A DNA stretch of 31,090 bases from a virus (IMGVR_UViG_3300044491_000791:1-31090), one strand, 5' to 3'; counted from the first letter of the stretch, positions 1 through 10,300 are shown. Notes: generated by a model not told the origin, from the sequence alone. Numbers and translations: made by a program.

Positions 1-1033
1 TATCGTTGTCTTGCTCAACTGCTACTTCTTCTTCAGTTTCGCCTAACAAGTCGTCTGGACCAATCTGTTTAGCCTTTGTGTTTTCTTTAACAAGATTGTA
101 AATGTAAGGAAATACACCTTTTAGTTCTTCATTAAACTGACGAATAGTTAATTCATCAATCCAATTTGATGAAACATCTGCTGGTACTTCTTCCATTACA
201 GTTTCTTCAAAACTTTCAAACGCTTCTTTGTAGTGTGCCGGTCTTTGTAACTTAAAGATAGTTTCTTTTACAGTATCAATTCGTTCATTAACAACGTCCA
301 TGTAACCAGCAAGACCCTCTGCCATTACTGCTGAACGATTCATGTAAGTTTTGAATTGACGTAATTTGCTAAGTTCTTCGCTGAGTGATACGATATGCTT
401 ACCAAAAGAGTCGTATGCGTTTCCGCCTTCGCTTACATGAGTAGCCATTGCTCGAGCACCATTTAGATGTCTGTATGGATATTTAAATCTTTCGCCTTCA
501 GCACTTTCAATGTAAATGCTGTCAATTTGTTGTGTACGTCCTGCAGGATTTTCTTGATCAACTGCACCTCTATGCTTGACTACAAGTCTAGCATTTCCTA
601 AATCTTGAAAACTAGTTTTACTAGTTCCATACATTTTACTTTCACTCATTTCACTCATTTTTTCTTCTCCGGGTCTATTTGTTGCTATGTACTGATAATC
701 TCTTTTATCTAAGTTTGTTTTTGTAATATCTCGAGTATCAAAATTAAGCATACGTTTTTTAGCAAAAATTCTTAGTTCTTTCATAAAACCATACCAATCT
801 TCTTTTTGGATTTTGCTGTCATCTGATAGTAATTTATTATTATATAGTACAGTTAACGATTTTTCGTCAACAGTAATATTTACTTTATTTCCTTTACTAA
901 ACTCAAAATCAAAAAATCGTGCCTTATTTGGCATATTTGTAATAAGGGATTGTTCGTCTCCTAGTGTTACTTTAGGATAACGACCTCTAATCTTATTGAA
1001 AAGTTCTTCTGCAATTTTATCTAAGTTTAACAT
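1..1033 (-). CDS. Hypothetical phage protein, 3' end truncated by window start (absent from the ORF track)
   Basis: Manual translation from ATG at 1033: MLNLDKIAEELFNKIRGRYPKVTLGD...WYGFMKELRIFAKKRMLNFDTRDITK...IESAEGERFKYPYRHLNGARAMA..., open to position 1; late-promoter box 5 nt upstream. Confidence 0.85.
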   Translation of the reverse strand, partial: MLNLDKIAEELFNKIRGRYPKVTLGDEQSLITNMPNKARFFDFEFSKGNKVNITVDEKSLTVLYNNKLLSDDSKIQKEDWYGFMKELRIFAKKRMLNFDTRDITKTNLDKRDYQYIATNRPGEEKMSEMSESKMYGTSKTSFQDLGNARLVVKHRGAVDQENPAGRTQQIDSIYIESAEGERFKYPYRHLNGARAMATHVSEGGNAYDSFGKHIVSLSEELSKLRQFKTYMNRSAVMAEGLAGYMDVVNERIDTVKETIFKLQRPAHYKEAFESFEETVMEEVPADVSSNWIDELTIRQFNEELKGVFPYIYNLVKENTKAKQIGPDDLLGETEEEVAVEQDND

Positions 1034-1038
1034 ATTAG

Positions 1039-1046
1039 TATTTATC
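1039..1046 (-). promoter_or_regulatory. T4-late-type promoter box GATAAATA
   Basis: GATAAATA-CTAAT-ATG, adjoining and overlapping the terL stop codon. Confidence 0.75.
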
Positions 1047-2638
1047 TAAAAGCCGGTCGATACAAATATTGGCATTGGCGGCTCATAATCTTCTCCATCT
1101 ACATGATCTTGCTTGAATGTATTGTATACTCTTGGATCCCAGTCCTTTAAAACTTTCATCATTCTAAGCGCCAGCAGTGTTGCACTGATTAAATCGTCAG
1201 TTTCTCCTGGCTTTGCTTTAAAACTTGTTCCACTTGCTACAAATCCTTTAAGTTCTGATATTAATGCTTTGCTGTTAACCGTCATAAGATCTGATTCTAC
1301 CATACTTTTTAATTTAGCACAAGCACTAATTTTAGTAGCATGAGTAGTGTTAAATCCTTTACGGAATTTTCTAACGTGTCCTTTACGCATAGGTTCACTT
1401 ACAAATAACCCAGGAATATTTTCTTCGCCAATATCTTGAACTACAATTAAAGCCGCTTCTCCAATTGTGTTATTTTCAATACTCCAATAAATGTTACTAG
1501 CAGTACTATTCTTAGTTGTTTCTTTAATATAGTCACAAATTTCTTTTAGTATTCTAACTTGACCAGTAATAGGAGTTGTGTTATGTCTCCATTCTGCAAC
1601 TTGTTTATATGACGGAACTTCAAATACTTGGATAGCAGAATAGTCTCCACCTGTACCCATAGCAGGATCTAAACTAACAGTGTAGGTTTGTGTTGGATCT
1701 AATTTTTTGTACCAACGTATTTGTCCCATATTTTCAATCGGGTCATTACCTTCCATTGACGCAAGTTTAATTGAATTAATTAATGTTTCATCATACACTA
1801 AAAATTCACAGCCATACTCACGACGGAATCTTTCTTCGCCGATACGTCCTAGTTCAGCCTTTTTCCATTCGTCATCTCGATCAGGATGTTCGTCCCATGA
1901 TGCAGTAAACCCATGGAAACCATTAACACCTACTTGTTGTTCGTTACCATGTTCGTCAAATTTATTTTGACTTTCTTTCCAAATAATAGCAAATGTATCT
2001 TCGTCTGAGTTTGGTGTACTTGTAATAATAGCACGACCACCTGTTGCTAGTGTAGGTGATATTGAAGTCCAAAAGTCTGTAGCAATATTAGGTTGAACAA
2101 ACGCAAACTCATCACAGTATAGTAATGATATAGACATACCACGTCCTGTGTTTCCTGTTGTTGTCTGTGCTACAATACGTGAGCCATTCTCAAATTCCAT
2201 TGAGCCTTTGTTGTAGTTAACAACACCTGCACGTATATAATCAGGACATAATTCATATCCGTATCTAATACGTTGCATAATTTCCTGAGCACCTGTATAC
2301 TTGTGAGCGGCGATTAGAATAGTTTGGTCTGGATGGAACATTGCATACCATAATAGGTAACCTGCGGCAGTAGTAGTCTTACCACTTTGTCTTGGTAACA
2401 TATTGATATTAAATCGATGATCGTGATAACTTGAAAGTAATCGTGTTTGATAATCATATGGCTCAAACAATACTTTACCTTTTACAGGATGTTGGATATA
2501 GAAGAACTTCCTAGCAAAGTATAAGTATCCTGATTCAGGATCCATACAATTAGCCAAATCTTCAATTTGTACTTGTGTAAATTTTTCTTTTTGGTGTGCT
2601 TTCTTAGTTAGTACACCGTCTAAACTTTTGTTTGCCAT
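1046..2638 (-). CDS. terL: Terminase large subunit (T4 gp17-like)
   Basis: Adenine-binding PYDYQ, Walker A LPRQSGKT, Walker B LLYCDEFAF, motif III ITSTPN, nuclease SLDPAMG and ETDDLISA; 530 aa. Confidence 0.97.
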   Translation of the reverse strand: MANKSLDGVLTKKAHQKEKFTQVQIEDLANCMDPESGYLYFARKFFYIQHPVKGKVLFEPYDYQTRLLSSYHDHRFNINMLPRQSGKTTTAAGYLLWYAMFHPDQTILIAAHKYTGAQEIMQRIRYGYELCPDYIRAGVVNYNKGSMEFENGSRIVAQTTTGNTGRGMSISLLYCDEFAFVQPNIATDFWTSISPTLATGGRAIITSTPNSDEDTFAIIWKESQNKFDEHGNEQQVGVNGFHGFTASWDEHPDRDDEWKKAELGRIGEERFRREYGCEFLVYDETLINSIKLASMEGNDPIENMGQIRWYKKLDPTQTYTVSLDPAMGTGGDYSAIQVFEVPSYKQVAEWRHNTTPITGQVRILKEICDYIKETTKNSTASNIYWSIENNTIGEAALIVVQDIGEENIPGLFVSEPMRKGHVRKFRKGFNTTHATKISACAKLKSMVESDLMTVNSKALISELKGFVASGTSFKAKPGETDDLISATLLALRMMKVLKDWDPRVYNTFKQDHVDGEDYEPPMPIFVSTGF

Positions 2639-2643
2639 ACTAG

Positions 2644-2651
2644 TATTTACT
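2644..2651 (-). promoter_or_regulatory. T4-late-type promoter box for terL
   Basis: AGTAAATA-CTAGT-ATG immediately after a terminator. Confidence 0.7.
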
Positions 2652-2652
2652 C

Positions 2653-2680
2653 AAAAAAATAGGGCCCGGAGGCCCTATTT
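2653..2680 (-). terminator. Intrinsic terminator
   Basis: Minus strand AAATAGGGCC-TCCG-GGCCCTATTT followed by a T-run; lies between ORF 2700..3338 and terL. Confidence 0.85.
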
Positions 2681-2699
2681 GAAATAGCCTTTGAGTAAA

Positions 2700-3338
2700 C
2701 TATTTACAACTACAATCTTCGCAACTATCGTTGCAATCACATGAGCCGCCGTCATTACATTCACAGCCTTTACCTTCAGACATAAATGTTTTTAACTGTG
2801 CCGCTAAATCTTTTGCAATTTGAGCCTCTAGTGCCATTGGATTATCTCCGCCGGCCGCTTTTGGGTATGATTTCTTTTGACCTTGTTCACTACCGCCTGA
2901 TAAATCTTTAGTCATGTAATGCTGATCTTGATATGTTTCGTCTGGTTCGTTTTCGTAGCCTTCGTCTTCAACGCTTTCGCCACACCCTGAATTTCCTAAG
3001 TGTGCTTTACCGCAAATTTTACAAGGTTCTTGTTTGCCTGGTTTAAGATCGTCCATGTCCATGTTGTCCATGTCATCCATATCTGGACCTGTAACAATAT
3101 CACGTAACTTAGCCATATCATCTGCTGGTTCCATTGGACCCATCATTGGTGGCATTGGTGGTTTAATTGCTGTAGGAATTTCTTCTCCAGCACTTGCACC
3201 TGTTGTTCCTTTTAATGCGTTCATTAACTTAATAACATCTTCAGCATTGTCGCCTGACATATTAATTGATGCAGAAGCCGCCTCATTTAACGCTTCGTCC
3301 AATTGCTGAATCTTTTTGTAAATATCATCTAATCTCAT
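2700..3338 (-). CDS. Hypothetical acidic low-complexity protein with CxxCxxxH and Cys-rich C-terminus
   Basis: 212-aa ORF with GGAG SD; Met/Pro/Asp-rich centre, CKICGKAH, C-terminal CECNDGGSCDCNDSCEDCSCK. Confidence 0.75.
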   Translation of the reverse strand: MRLDDIYKKIQQLDEALNEAASASINMSGDNAEDVIKLMNALKGTTGASAGEEIPTAIKPPMPPMMGPMEPADDMAKLRDIVTGPDMDDMDNMDMDDLKPGKQEPCKICGKAHLGNSGCGESVEDEGYENEPDETYQDQHYMTKDLSGGSEQGQKKSYPKAAGGDNPMALEAQIAKDLAAQLKTFMSEGKGCECNDGGSCDCNDSCEDCSCK

Positions 3339-3340
3339 AA

Positions 3341-3910
3341 TTAACTCCCTATTGGACTTTTAGACTTGACGTCAGTCGCATCCAGTGATTGATCTTGTTC
3401 TGTCTTAATGGACTTTGCTGATGCTGTTGGATCGTTCTCGTTTTCTTTACGAGCAGTTTCTAACTCTTTAAGCAAATCCATAACTCTATTGTTTCCAACA
3501 TTTTCTTGTGCTGATTCGCCGCCCATATCTTCTTTAGTAAGTTTTATTTCATACGGTGAATCGTCAATCTGTTGATAAATTTCTTGTGGAGCATTCATAT
3601 TACGTACCATAATATGTGATTGTGATTTACCAATATTGTAACCTAGGTACTCTTGTAATGCTTCAGCGTGTGTTGGATATGTAATAGTTGCTTCGTAGTA
3701 GGTAACTTCTTCGTTTTGCAACTGTGGAAAATCTAGTGGGCGTTCTTGGATTGGTGTTTTCTTGCCTGGAGAAACATTTGTTACTCCAAACTTTTTAAGA
3801 CACATTTCAAGTTTATCCGCAACACCTTCGTTGTCGCCAGCAATACCAATTTTAAACTCGTAAGTTTTATTGTTGTATGCTTCTGTTAAATATTCGCTGT
3901 ATAATTTCAT
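3341..3910 (-). CDS. Hypothetical protein, possible head-internal protein
   Basis: 189-aa ORF, AGGA SD, late box at 3932-3939; N-terminus MKLYSEYLTE resembles the T4 capsid-targeting sequence. Confidence 0.7.
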   Translation of the reverse strand: MKLYSEYLTEAYNNKTYEFKIGIAGDNEGVADKLEMCLKKFGVTNVSPGKKTPIQERPLDFPQLQNEEVTYYEATITYPTHAEALQEYLGYNIGKSQSHIMVRNMNAPQEIYQQIDDSPYEIKLTKEDMGGESAQENVGNNRVMDLLKELETARKENENDPTASAKSIKTEQDQSLDATDVKSKSPIGS

Positions 3911-3930
3911 ATCCGTTTCCTATTACAATG

Positions 3931-4425
3931 TTATTTATCCATGTTTTTCAATTTTTCAAGTAAACTGTTACGGTCTGCAACCACGTATCCTTCGCCTGAA
4001 ACTAAACCATCTTCGTCATTTCCACCGTCTTTATCTTGTTTTTCTTTCTTAAGTTGCAATTCTACCATTTTAAGTTTCTTATCTAACTTAGCAACTTTAG
4101 CATCTAAACTAGTTTTAAGCATACCGCCAGCAACTTCAAATACTCTGCCACTATAACGACTTTCTACATTCATACCCAAGTCCATTAGATCTTCGTATGC
4201 TTGCATGGCTTTGTCTGCAACTTCATTAAGTTCTTTATCAGCCATTTCTCCAAGGCCTTTAACTTGTGGAAGTGCAGAACTAATCTTATCTAACTCAGCA
4301 ATACTACGCTGTGTTTCTTCACGTTCAATAACAGCCGTTTTTGCTTCTGCTTTTGCTTCAGATTTTGCTTCATCTACAATTTCTTTAGATTCGGGCAAAT
4401 TAAGCAATTCTTCTAGTTTCTTCAT
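3931..4425 (-). CDS. Probable terminase small subunit (T4 gp16-like)
   Basis: 164-aa helical protein; SGRVFEVAGGMLK resembles the gp16-family PRAYEVAGQLIK-type motif followed by coiled coil; size and proximity to terL fit. Confidence 0.65.
   Translation of the reverse strand: MKKLEELLNLPESKEIVDEAKSEAKAEAKTAVIEREETQRSIAELDKISSALPQVKGLGEMADKELNEVADKAMQAYEDLMDLGMNVESRYSGRVFEVAGGMLKTSLDAKVAKLDKKLKMVELQLKKEKQDKDGGNDEDGLVSGEGYVVADRNSLLEKLKNMDK
3932..3939 (-). promoter_or_regulatory. T4-late-type promoter box GATAAATA
   Basis: Formed by the last codons of ORF 3931..4425, upstream of AGGA SD. Confidence 0.65.
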
Positions 4426-4452
4426 AACTTAAAATCCATTATATGCTACTAT

Positions 4453-4460
4453 TATTTATC
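4453..4460 (-). promoter_or_regulatory. T4-late-type promoter box GATAAATA
   Basis: Overlaps gp4-like stop codon, upstream of the putative small terminase. Confidence 0.65.
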
Positions 4461-4896
4461 CTTTGCGTGTTCCTTGATGGAACATATCTTTTTCAGTAAT
4501 TACTCTAAAGTATAGTCCTTTATCCCTACACCATGCCCTAGCGGCTTCCCATTTAGCCATATTAAGTACTACCTGTGCTTGTTTATACTTATTACGTCCT
4601 GCACTTTCAAGCGTAGTTTGATTATCTGGTTTTACTTCAATTACTTCTGCACGTTGTTTACCATTCTTATCTGCATATGCAATAAAGAAGTCTGGAACAT
4701 AAACTGTATGTTTGCCTGTTAACGGATTAAGATATGGTATCTTAACTGCTTCACTGGCCCACTTTGCAACATTAGGATTTTCATCACAGAACTTCATAAA
4801 AGCAAATTCCCAACTACTTCTATACAGTGGTGTTTTGCGTCCTACATATTTGTCTGGATTTTTGAGGTTGTATCGCCCTTGGGCAAACTTAGCCAT
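4456..4896 (-). CDS. Head completion nuclease (T4 gp4-like, TnsA-like fold)
   Basis: Motifs NPDKYVG, YRSSWE, WASE, YVPDF, IEVKP, N.AKW.AA, FRVITE. Confidence 0.92.
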   Translation of the reverse strand: MAKFAQGRYNLKNPDKYVGRKTPLYRSSWEFAFMKFCDENPNVAKWASEAVKIPYLNPLTGKHTVYVPDFFIAYADKNGKQRAEVIEVKPDNQTTLESAGRNKYKQAQVVLNMAKWEAARAWCRDKGLYFRVITEKDMFHQGTRKG

Positions 4897-4897
4897 G

Positions 4898-5266
4898 CTA
4901 CACCTCTATGTTTCGTGCTTCGACTCTATTTGAAGTATTGTCAACCTTATAACCTAATGTAGAAATCTTTTCTCTATTATAGTTTAATACTTCTGTAACT
5001 ACACTGCTTAACTGTACTTGATCAGTTTGCTTTAATGTATCTAATAATTCAAAAACATTAATACCGTCTAGTTTTGCTTGTTGTAGTAGTACTGTTCCAA
5101 CTGCAATAGCGCCTGTTTTACTAAAACCTCTGTTTTCGAAAAAGCCGATTACTGCATCAACATCGTTTGAAGGAAAACTGATAAAGTCAGTAAAATACTG
5201 ATTATAAAATTGCTTTACTTCGCTTGCACTGTCTTTTGATTGTGTCTTTGGTAAGTTACTAGCCAT
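4898..5266 (-). CDS. Hypothetical protein
   Basis: 122-aa ORF tightly coupled to both neighbours. Confidence 0.75.
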   Translation of the reverse strand: MASNLPKTQSKDSASEVKQFYNQYFTDFISFPSNDVDAVIGFFENRGFSKTGAIAVGTVLLQQAKLDGINVFELLDTLKQTDQVQLSSVVTEVLNYNREKISTLGYKVDNTSNRVEARNIEV

Positions 5267-6621
5267 TATGCACCTTTAATTATGTTTCCTAAGTTATTTA
5301 ATGTTTCATTATTCTGAGCAGTCTTAAATGAGGCACTAGTAGTTTCCCATGCATTATTAATAGCATTAACACTAGGATCACCTCCACCTGCTAAGTGTGT
5401 CTTTTTAAATGTTGTTGATTTTGTTAAATCAGCCAACGCATCTGGATTGGCTTCAAGCGCCGCTTTAGCATCTGATAAACTAGTTGTTTGTGCTAGTGAA
5501 GCAATCTTAGCAACTGCACTTACTCCTGCAAGTGCTGTAACAACACTATTCAATCCGCCTTTACCTGCTGACTTTGGAAATAATGAATTTGCAACCCCAC
5601 CAACCGGTGCACCACTTATGTCTCCTAATGCTCCTTTTAAAATTTGGAATCCTTCTTGTCTTAAACCTTCTTTACTTAAAGACTTAACATTTTTAGCAAT
5701 GTTACCTGCTTTTAATACTGTACCTAATAGTGCTCCTGGTGAACTAAATGCTCTACCACTAGTAATATCATCAAACACGTCAGCAGTACCAGAGGCAACT
5801 CCTCCAACACCAAATAAACTTGATGTGCCGCCGCCGCCCAATGTTAATGGACTTGGTGTTTGATCGTAATGTTCTGTTGCAAATCCTTTTGGTGCTGATC
5901 CTTTTGATACCGGACCTCTTGAATACCAAACTGTTTCAAATTGAAGTGACATAGTACTTTGTACCGGATCACTTACAGACTGATCCATAGTATCATGTTG
6001 CCAACTTTGAATTATCGGATTAACTAATGTATATGCTGTATATCTTTTTCTTGACATTTGATATACAATAATACTGTTAAAGAATGGATTATAACTGTCA
6101 TTATCAAAACCATAACGGAATTTATTTTGTGTATCTGTTCCGTATATGTTTCCTCTATTGTACGCTGTTGCTGTTTGTTCAGGATTACCTGCTTGGTCAA
6201 CTGCCGCATAGTTACCATCTCTATAGTAATATCTATAATATGCTTCCCACATTGCTGTTGTTAATCCATAATTATCATCATGGAATGTAACATTACACGG
6301 ACTGTAGTCAATACGCTTTTGTAAAACACGTTTTCTATTATATGCGTGTTTGACTTCTGTTGTAATATCAAACTTAGGTAAGTCAACACTCTTAACAAGC
6401 ATATTAATTGTGTTACTATGCTTCTGTGTTAATTGCGGAATAATTGCCGATGCCTGTGGATTAATATTAAATGCAACATGATAAAGAAACTTTTGCTTCG
6501 GAGCAAATTTAAAATTATCATCAACATATAATCTCGCGCCATGTTGAAAGTCTGCAAGATTCCCTTTAGGGTTAAGAGCACCACTGGCTAAATTGTCAAG
6601 AAATTTGGATATGTCTGCCAT
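5266..6621 (-). CDS. Tail-tube-fold protein (baseplate-tube junction, gp54/gp48-like) with Gly/Ala-rich C-terminal extension
   Basis: N-terminal half parallels the adjacent tube gene (VKSVDLPKF..YN.K...YSPCNVTFHDD vs VVDVTRPNV..YN.R...WEPITLNLRED; DPVQSTMSLQFE vs DPVTVALSIRYD). Confidence 0.65.
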   Translation of the reverse strand: MADISKFLDNLASGALNPKGNLADFQHGARLYVDDNFKFAPKQKFLYHVAFNINPQASAIIPQLTQKHSNTINMLVKSVDLPKFDITTEVKHAYNRKRVLQKRIDYSPCNVTFHDDNYGLTTAMWEAYYRYYYRDGNYAAVDQAGNPEQTATAYNRGNIYGTDTQNKFRYGFDNDSYNPFFNSIIVYQMSRKRYTAYTLVNPIIQSWQHDTMDQSVSDPVQSTMSLQFETVWYSRGPVSKGSAPKGFATEHYDQTPSPLTLGGGGTSSLFGVGGVASGTADVFDDITSGRAFSSPGALLGTVLKAGNIAKNVKSLSKEGLRQEGFQILKGALGDISGAPVGGVANSLFPKSAGKGGLNSVVTALAGVSAVAKIASLAQTTSLSDAKAALEANPDALADLTKSTTFKKTHLAGGGDPSVNAINNAWETTSASFKTAQNNETLNNLGNIIKGA

Positions 6622-6626
6622 ACTAA

Positions 6627-6634
6627 TATTTATC
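6627..6634 (-). promoter_or_regulatory. T4-late-type promoter box GATAAATA
   Basis: GATAAATA-TTAGT-ATG, after the tube terminator. Confidence 0.75.
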
Positions 6635-6658
6635 TAATATAAAAAGTACGCAGATAAT

Positions 6659-6684
6659 AAAAAAGGCGACATAAAGCCGCCTTT
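6659..6684 (-). terminator. Intrinsic terminator after tail tube gene
   Basis: Minus strand AAAGGCGGC-TTTAT-GTCGCCTTT plus T-run, just downstream of tube stop codon. Confidence 0.8.
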
Positions 6685-6707
6685 AGTATTTTTAATTAAA
6701 ACTTTAA

Positions 6708-7337
6708 TTAACTTGCGCCACCGCCAGTAACTAGAGTATTTACAGTTCTGCCTACAGCAGTTCCGATTCCAGTACCTTGTGGTGTTTGAATTGCGTTATC
6801 GTATCTAATAGATAGTGCAACAGTTACAGGATCATTAGTTGAATACGCTAATGAGTTGTAGTTTGCACTCTCAAGATAACAACCGTACAATTCAAAAGTC
6901 TCTAGCACACTTGCTGTATTCGCTCCGTTACCACCATCTAAAATTTCGATACGTGTAACGAATTTGTAATCCGCGCCTGAAGCCGCACTCGACTGTTCGA
7001 AGAAGTCGAATTGCTTCTGTAGTTGCTCGCCTACAAGTTTCTGAACATTGTTTGAAACATCTTCACGTAAGTTAAGTGTAATTGGTTCCCATGTATGTTT
7101 ACCTGCTAGGTACACACGTGAGTTATATACGTCAAGTGTAATCTGTTCGAATGAAACGTTAGGTCTTGTAACATCAACTACCTGTTTGGTTAATTCAGTA
7201 GTTGGTGTACTTACACCAAAGTTTTCTAGCGATACCCTAAAGCGGTATTGCAGTTTTGGCATTAACAAACCTTGAGCGGAAGAACTCGCGTTACTATCCA
7301 AAGGCACTGTTAATCTTGAGAGTGATGAAATTGCCAT
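6708..7337 (-). CDS. Tail tube protein (T4 gp19-like)
   Basis: Directly after sheath; YLAGKHTWEPITLNLRED, FELYGCY, VALSIRYDNA; AGGAG SD. Confidence 0.9.
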   Translation of the reverse strand: MAISSLSRLTVPLDSNASSSAQGLLMPKLQYRFRVSLENFGVSTPTTELTKQVVDVTRPNVSFEQITLDVYNSRVYLAGKHTWEPITLNLREDVSNNVQKLVGEQLQKQFDFFEQSSAASGADYKFVTRIEILDGGNGANTASVLETFELYGCYLESANYNSLAYSTNDPVTVALSIRYDNAIQTPQGTGIGTAVGRTVNTLVTGGGAS

Positions 7338-7358
7338 TTTATTTGCTCCTATTAATAT

Positions 7359-7366
7359 TATTTATC
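7359..7366 (-). promoter_or_regulatory. T4-late-type promoter box for tail tube
   Basis: GATAAATA followed by AGGAG SD. Confidence 0.75.
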
Positions 7367-7369
7367 ATG

Positions 7370-10300
7370 TTATAGGCCCGCTATCTCGCCAGTATTTTTA
7401 AGTCTTAGTGGAATGTAAATAAATTCTACTGCTTTTACTGGTTCAATCGCTATATCTACATATAACTCGTTACGATCAATTCTATTTGGTGTGTTGTTTG
7501 ATTCATCACACACTACTAGGAAATCATATAACGCTCTTTGTCCTACAAGTTCTAGCATTAAACTATCAACTTGCTGTTTAATCTCGTCCCTAGTGATCTT
7601 ATCATTAGGTTCAAAGATGTATGGTTTAGCAAGTTTGTTCAACTGTGAACGTAAGTAAATTACTAAACGTGCAACGTTAATTCTATCTAAAGAACTAGCG
7701 TTTCTTGCTCTTGTCTTTTGACCAAAGTTAACAAGTCCAGCACCAGTTAAGAATGTAATTGGATTAACTGCACTGCTGTATAATGTATCTCTTTGACCTT
7801 CATTAAGTGCAACAGTTTTAAATTCACCTTCTGCATCAATGTAACCTGCGGAAGTAGCATTTGTAATACCACCTCTTCTAGTTCCTGCTGGTGCAAACCA
7901 TGGATAAGAAACATTGTCACTTAGTGCAATAGTTCTTAGTATACCATGTGATGCTGGAACAACTACGTTGTTTCCTGCATTGTCGCTTGTGAATAAACTT
8001 GGGTAAAAAATACCTAGGTATTCGTCATTACTTACTAAGCCTTGATCATTATCTTCAACTGCACCTGCTACGTTAGTTGCCCAGTTGTTTAATGTAGTAC
8101 CATCGCTTTTCAGTCTGAATGGAGAATCACCAACAACAAACGCAGTTAAGCCTCTGTCATAGTTTAGTGAAATCATTTCGCCAATTAGTTCTGGATAGCC
8201 TGGTGTTGCCATTAAGTTAAAGATACGTGATTCATTATCTCTAATGTCATCGTTGCTGTTAACCATTGCTTGGAATGCTTGTACAACAACTTTACGCTGT
8301 GCTTTTCTACCAAATGATCCTGAACCGTCTGCTTGGTTAGCACTTTCAGTTACCCATCTATGTGGATAGTAAGCATCCATTGAACTACCATCATCGCTAC
8401 CACGTCCGTTGTCTTCTGTAGTGTCGATGTAGTTACGTACAAATTTCTTAACATTAAAACCTGAACGTCTTAAGTTCCAAAGCAACATACCTTTTGGATA
8501 TAGTGCTGGATCTGGAGCGTCTGGATCTAAGTAATCACTTGCTAGTAGATCTGTAATATCACCTGCTGTATCACTGTTTGCGCCTGCTGTATTATAACGT
8601 GCATCTGCAAATAAAATACCATTGTCAGTTGATTGATCTGAACTGTCTCTTAATGTCCACTTTTTAGTAGTAAAGTTATACTGATAAACTAGTGGATAAT
8701 TTTCTAAGTCTGCTGTTGAAACCCAAATATCACCTTCAACTAAATCAGAACCATCTGATTGTTGTGTTGGTTCAGTTGCTGAAACAATTGGACCTGCTGG
8801 TGAAGTGTTTGAGTAATCAATGCTACCTGACTGATAGTTTTGATAACCTACCCAGTTAGTACCATCATGAATTAGCATATCAACTTCGTCAACAATTGAA
8901 TTGTACCATAGTTGACCATCTGATGCTAGTGCATTTGGAGCATCTTCACTTGCAGTGTATGATAACACTCTCCAGTTTGAAGCCATGTACTGTTCTGGAT
9001 TTGTTGATCCGTCTGTACCTGGAACATAGTATAAGTTAGCAGTACCAGATGTTGCATTTACGTATGGTGCGTAACCAATAAGGTTAAGTAGTCCATCTGT
9101 ATCTACAAATCTAATATCGCCGCCTAGTGTATGTTCAATAACAACTCTGTTCTGTGCATCTACTGATGCAGTAACATTTGTTAAACCTGCTGAGTTGATT
9201 TGACCTGCAATTTCATCAGCATCGTCAGCCGCTCCAGTAGTAATTACACTAACTTGTACTGGTGTAGTAAAGTTAGCGTCATTAACTAATGTTTCAGACA
9301 CTGTAAATGTATATGTGCTTGCCGCAACACCACTTACAGGAATAATGCTTGATGTAACTGCTGTTGTACCAGCCGCCGCACGTCTAAAGATTTTAAAATC
9401 AAACTCTGCTTCACCCCCTTCAACAACATGAGACTGAGCATAGTAAGTATCAATTGATAAGTTCTTGCCGCCACCTGTTGAATCTAGTTTTTCTAATGCA
9501 GAAGCATTGTTAGCATAAATTGGAACATTTTTCTTTTCCCACAAACCAGTTGTTGCATTGAATGTTTTAACATTTAAGTTTGCACCCTGATTAGCATCTG
9601 TAGTCTTAAACCAAACAGATCCACTTGGACGTGGCTTAGTATCAGTTGACTTAAACTCTGGAATGCTTGTATGTGGAGCAATAGATAATATAGGTGCTTC
9701 AACAGTTTCTGCTGTTAAACCTAATCCTGCAACAATGTTGCTGTTTGGATCAGCAATAACAACTGATACACCTGTTGAATAAATTTCTAACTTGCTGTTA
9801 ACTGCTTTAGCAGTAATACCTGCTGTTTGCAATGTAGCGTCACCATTAATGTCTAATACTAAGTCTGCTAGTGTACCAGCGCCTGTTACTGTTGTACCAT
9901 TAATAGTAAAGTCACCTGTGTAAGTTGGATTGCTTTTAGTACCAACAACTGTGGGCCAAGATGCTACCCATGCGCTGGAACCTACTTTAACCCAAGTACC
10001 TGTAGATGATTTATAGTATACTTTGTTTATTGTAGTTGTTGCAACAACAGCATAGTCACCCACTTGTCCAACAGAAGCCTTTGGAATGCCAGTATTGCTG
10101 TTACCAACTAGTTTAGTATTATCTGTAATTACTGTAGGTACTTTGTTAGTAAATGTTTGTCCGCCTGTAGATGTTACAGCGTTACCATTCCATTCAAAAA
10201 TACCAAACTTTGAAACTTGTGTGTCGAACCATTGTGTTCCATCTTCTGGATCAGCCGCCGGTGCTGTTGCACTTGCTTGCAGTTCGCCTAAATCGATATC

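Noticed and set aside
4456-4896. TnsA-like nuclease as sign of a Tn7-like transposon
   Set aside because: Motifs and context match T4 gp4; no TnsB/TnsC or transposon ends
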